A stretch of DNA of 62,931 nt, the filler included, from Sphacelaria rigidula (taxonomy: Eukaryota): the NCBI GenBank assembly GCA_964200075.2. It is 8 parts of 8 records of this genome, joined end to end, with 100 filler letters (N's around TTAATTAATTAA, not from the genome) between each part and the next. Parts side by side here need not be neighbours in the genome. Positions count along the whole stretch, not along the records: positions 55,154 to 62,931 come from CAXNAA020013486.1; 7 more parts are not named here. One strand, written 5' to 3'. The translations under genes were made by a program, and so were the position numbers. Shown piece by piece: positions 62,191 through 62,931 of this stretch; the first letter of the stretch is position 1; each line of letters starts with the position of its first letter. The notes below the pieces were generated by a model. That model did not search any database. It saw only the letters and a program-made list of their open reading frames with translations, and was not told the origin of the DNA.

Positions 62191-62931
62191 ATCGATTGTT
62201 GGTGGAATTTGAAATGTGGACAGTGAGGTTTGCGAGGGGCAGGAAGCTCCGTAGATTACTCAGGTGTCATACCCGAACGGACCACACAGCATATATTTTC
62301 TGCAGGAAGCGAACAGGCACCTATCATAACCTTCCACCTTGTGGTTGCAAACGTTACGTAACCTCAGACGTTACGCGGGTACGTTACAGAACCTTCCAGG
62401 TTCCACAATCCGGATAGGCTACGTTACGGAAGGTCGGCCGTAACCTCTTTATATGACGTGTACCAGTAGCCACCCGTGCTGCCGTCGTCACAAGATGGGC
62501 ACACCCAAGGAAAAAGAACCGGAAATACTCACTAAAGGTAGCTCGAGAATAGGGGCGGGGGGGGGAAGGGGGCGGACTCATTTGTTGCTTGCCTCTCTCG
62601 TTTGGCCATTGATCACGCGTTCCTCTCGAGACAGAGCACCGATCCTACCCCTAATACTCGTAGAGACACCTCAAACATTTGGGCGAACATTACGTTTCTT
62701 CCGTACACCACACAAAACCTTTCAACATATCCTATCCCCTTCCGGGTTCGCCGTCTGTGTTCACCAGCTATCTCCTAGTATAGCGATCGCTTTCTCGCCA
62801 CTGTCTAATGCATCATACGATTTCATGCCAAAAGCCCGGGGGGAAGGGGGTAGGGGGGGGGGGGGGGGGAGCATAACTTTGGTGGCTGGGGGGGGAAGGG
62901 GGCGGGTGAAGGGGAGGGGGTGGGATGAGGG

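Overview
Intron-rich eukaryotic DNA, most likely from a brown alga or related stramenopile (inferred from short GT-AG exons in kb-long introns, the desaturase and carotenoid-isomerase content, and the repeat types). The window is not contiguous. It is eight unrelated contigs of 7780-7778 bp, sorted by length and joined by artificial 44N-TTAATTAATTAA-44N linkers. Recognisable genes are all partial: two different front-end fatty-acid/sphingolipid desaturases, an HSPA14/Ssz1-like atypical Hsp70, and one exon of a CRTISO/phytoene-dehydrogenase-family enzyme. Mobile DNA includes a decayed chromodomain Ty3/Gypsy element lacking RT, a Copia-like protease fragment, tRNA-derived SINEs, a tandem piggyBac-type MITE and several dispersed repeat families. 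The most striking unexplained structure is about 18 degenerate, nearly spacer-less palindromes of 0.2-3.5 kb. They occur in all eight contigs, are sometimes packed back to back or fill introns, and cover roughly 40% of the window by my hand estimate. Palindrome boundaries come from manual alignment and are approximate.
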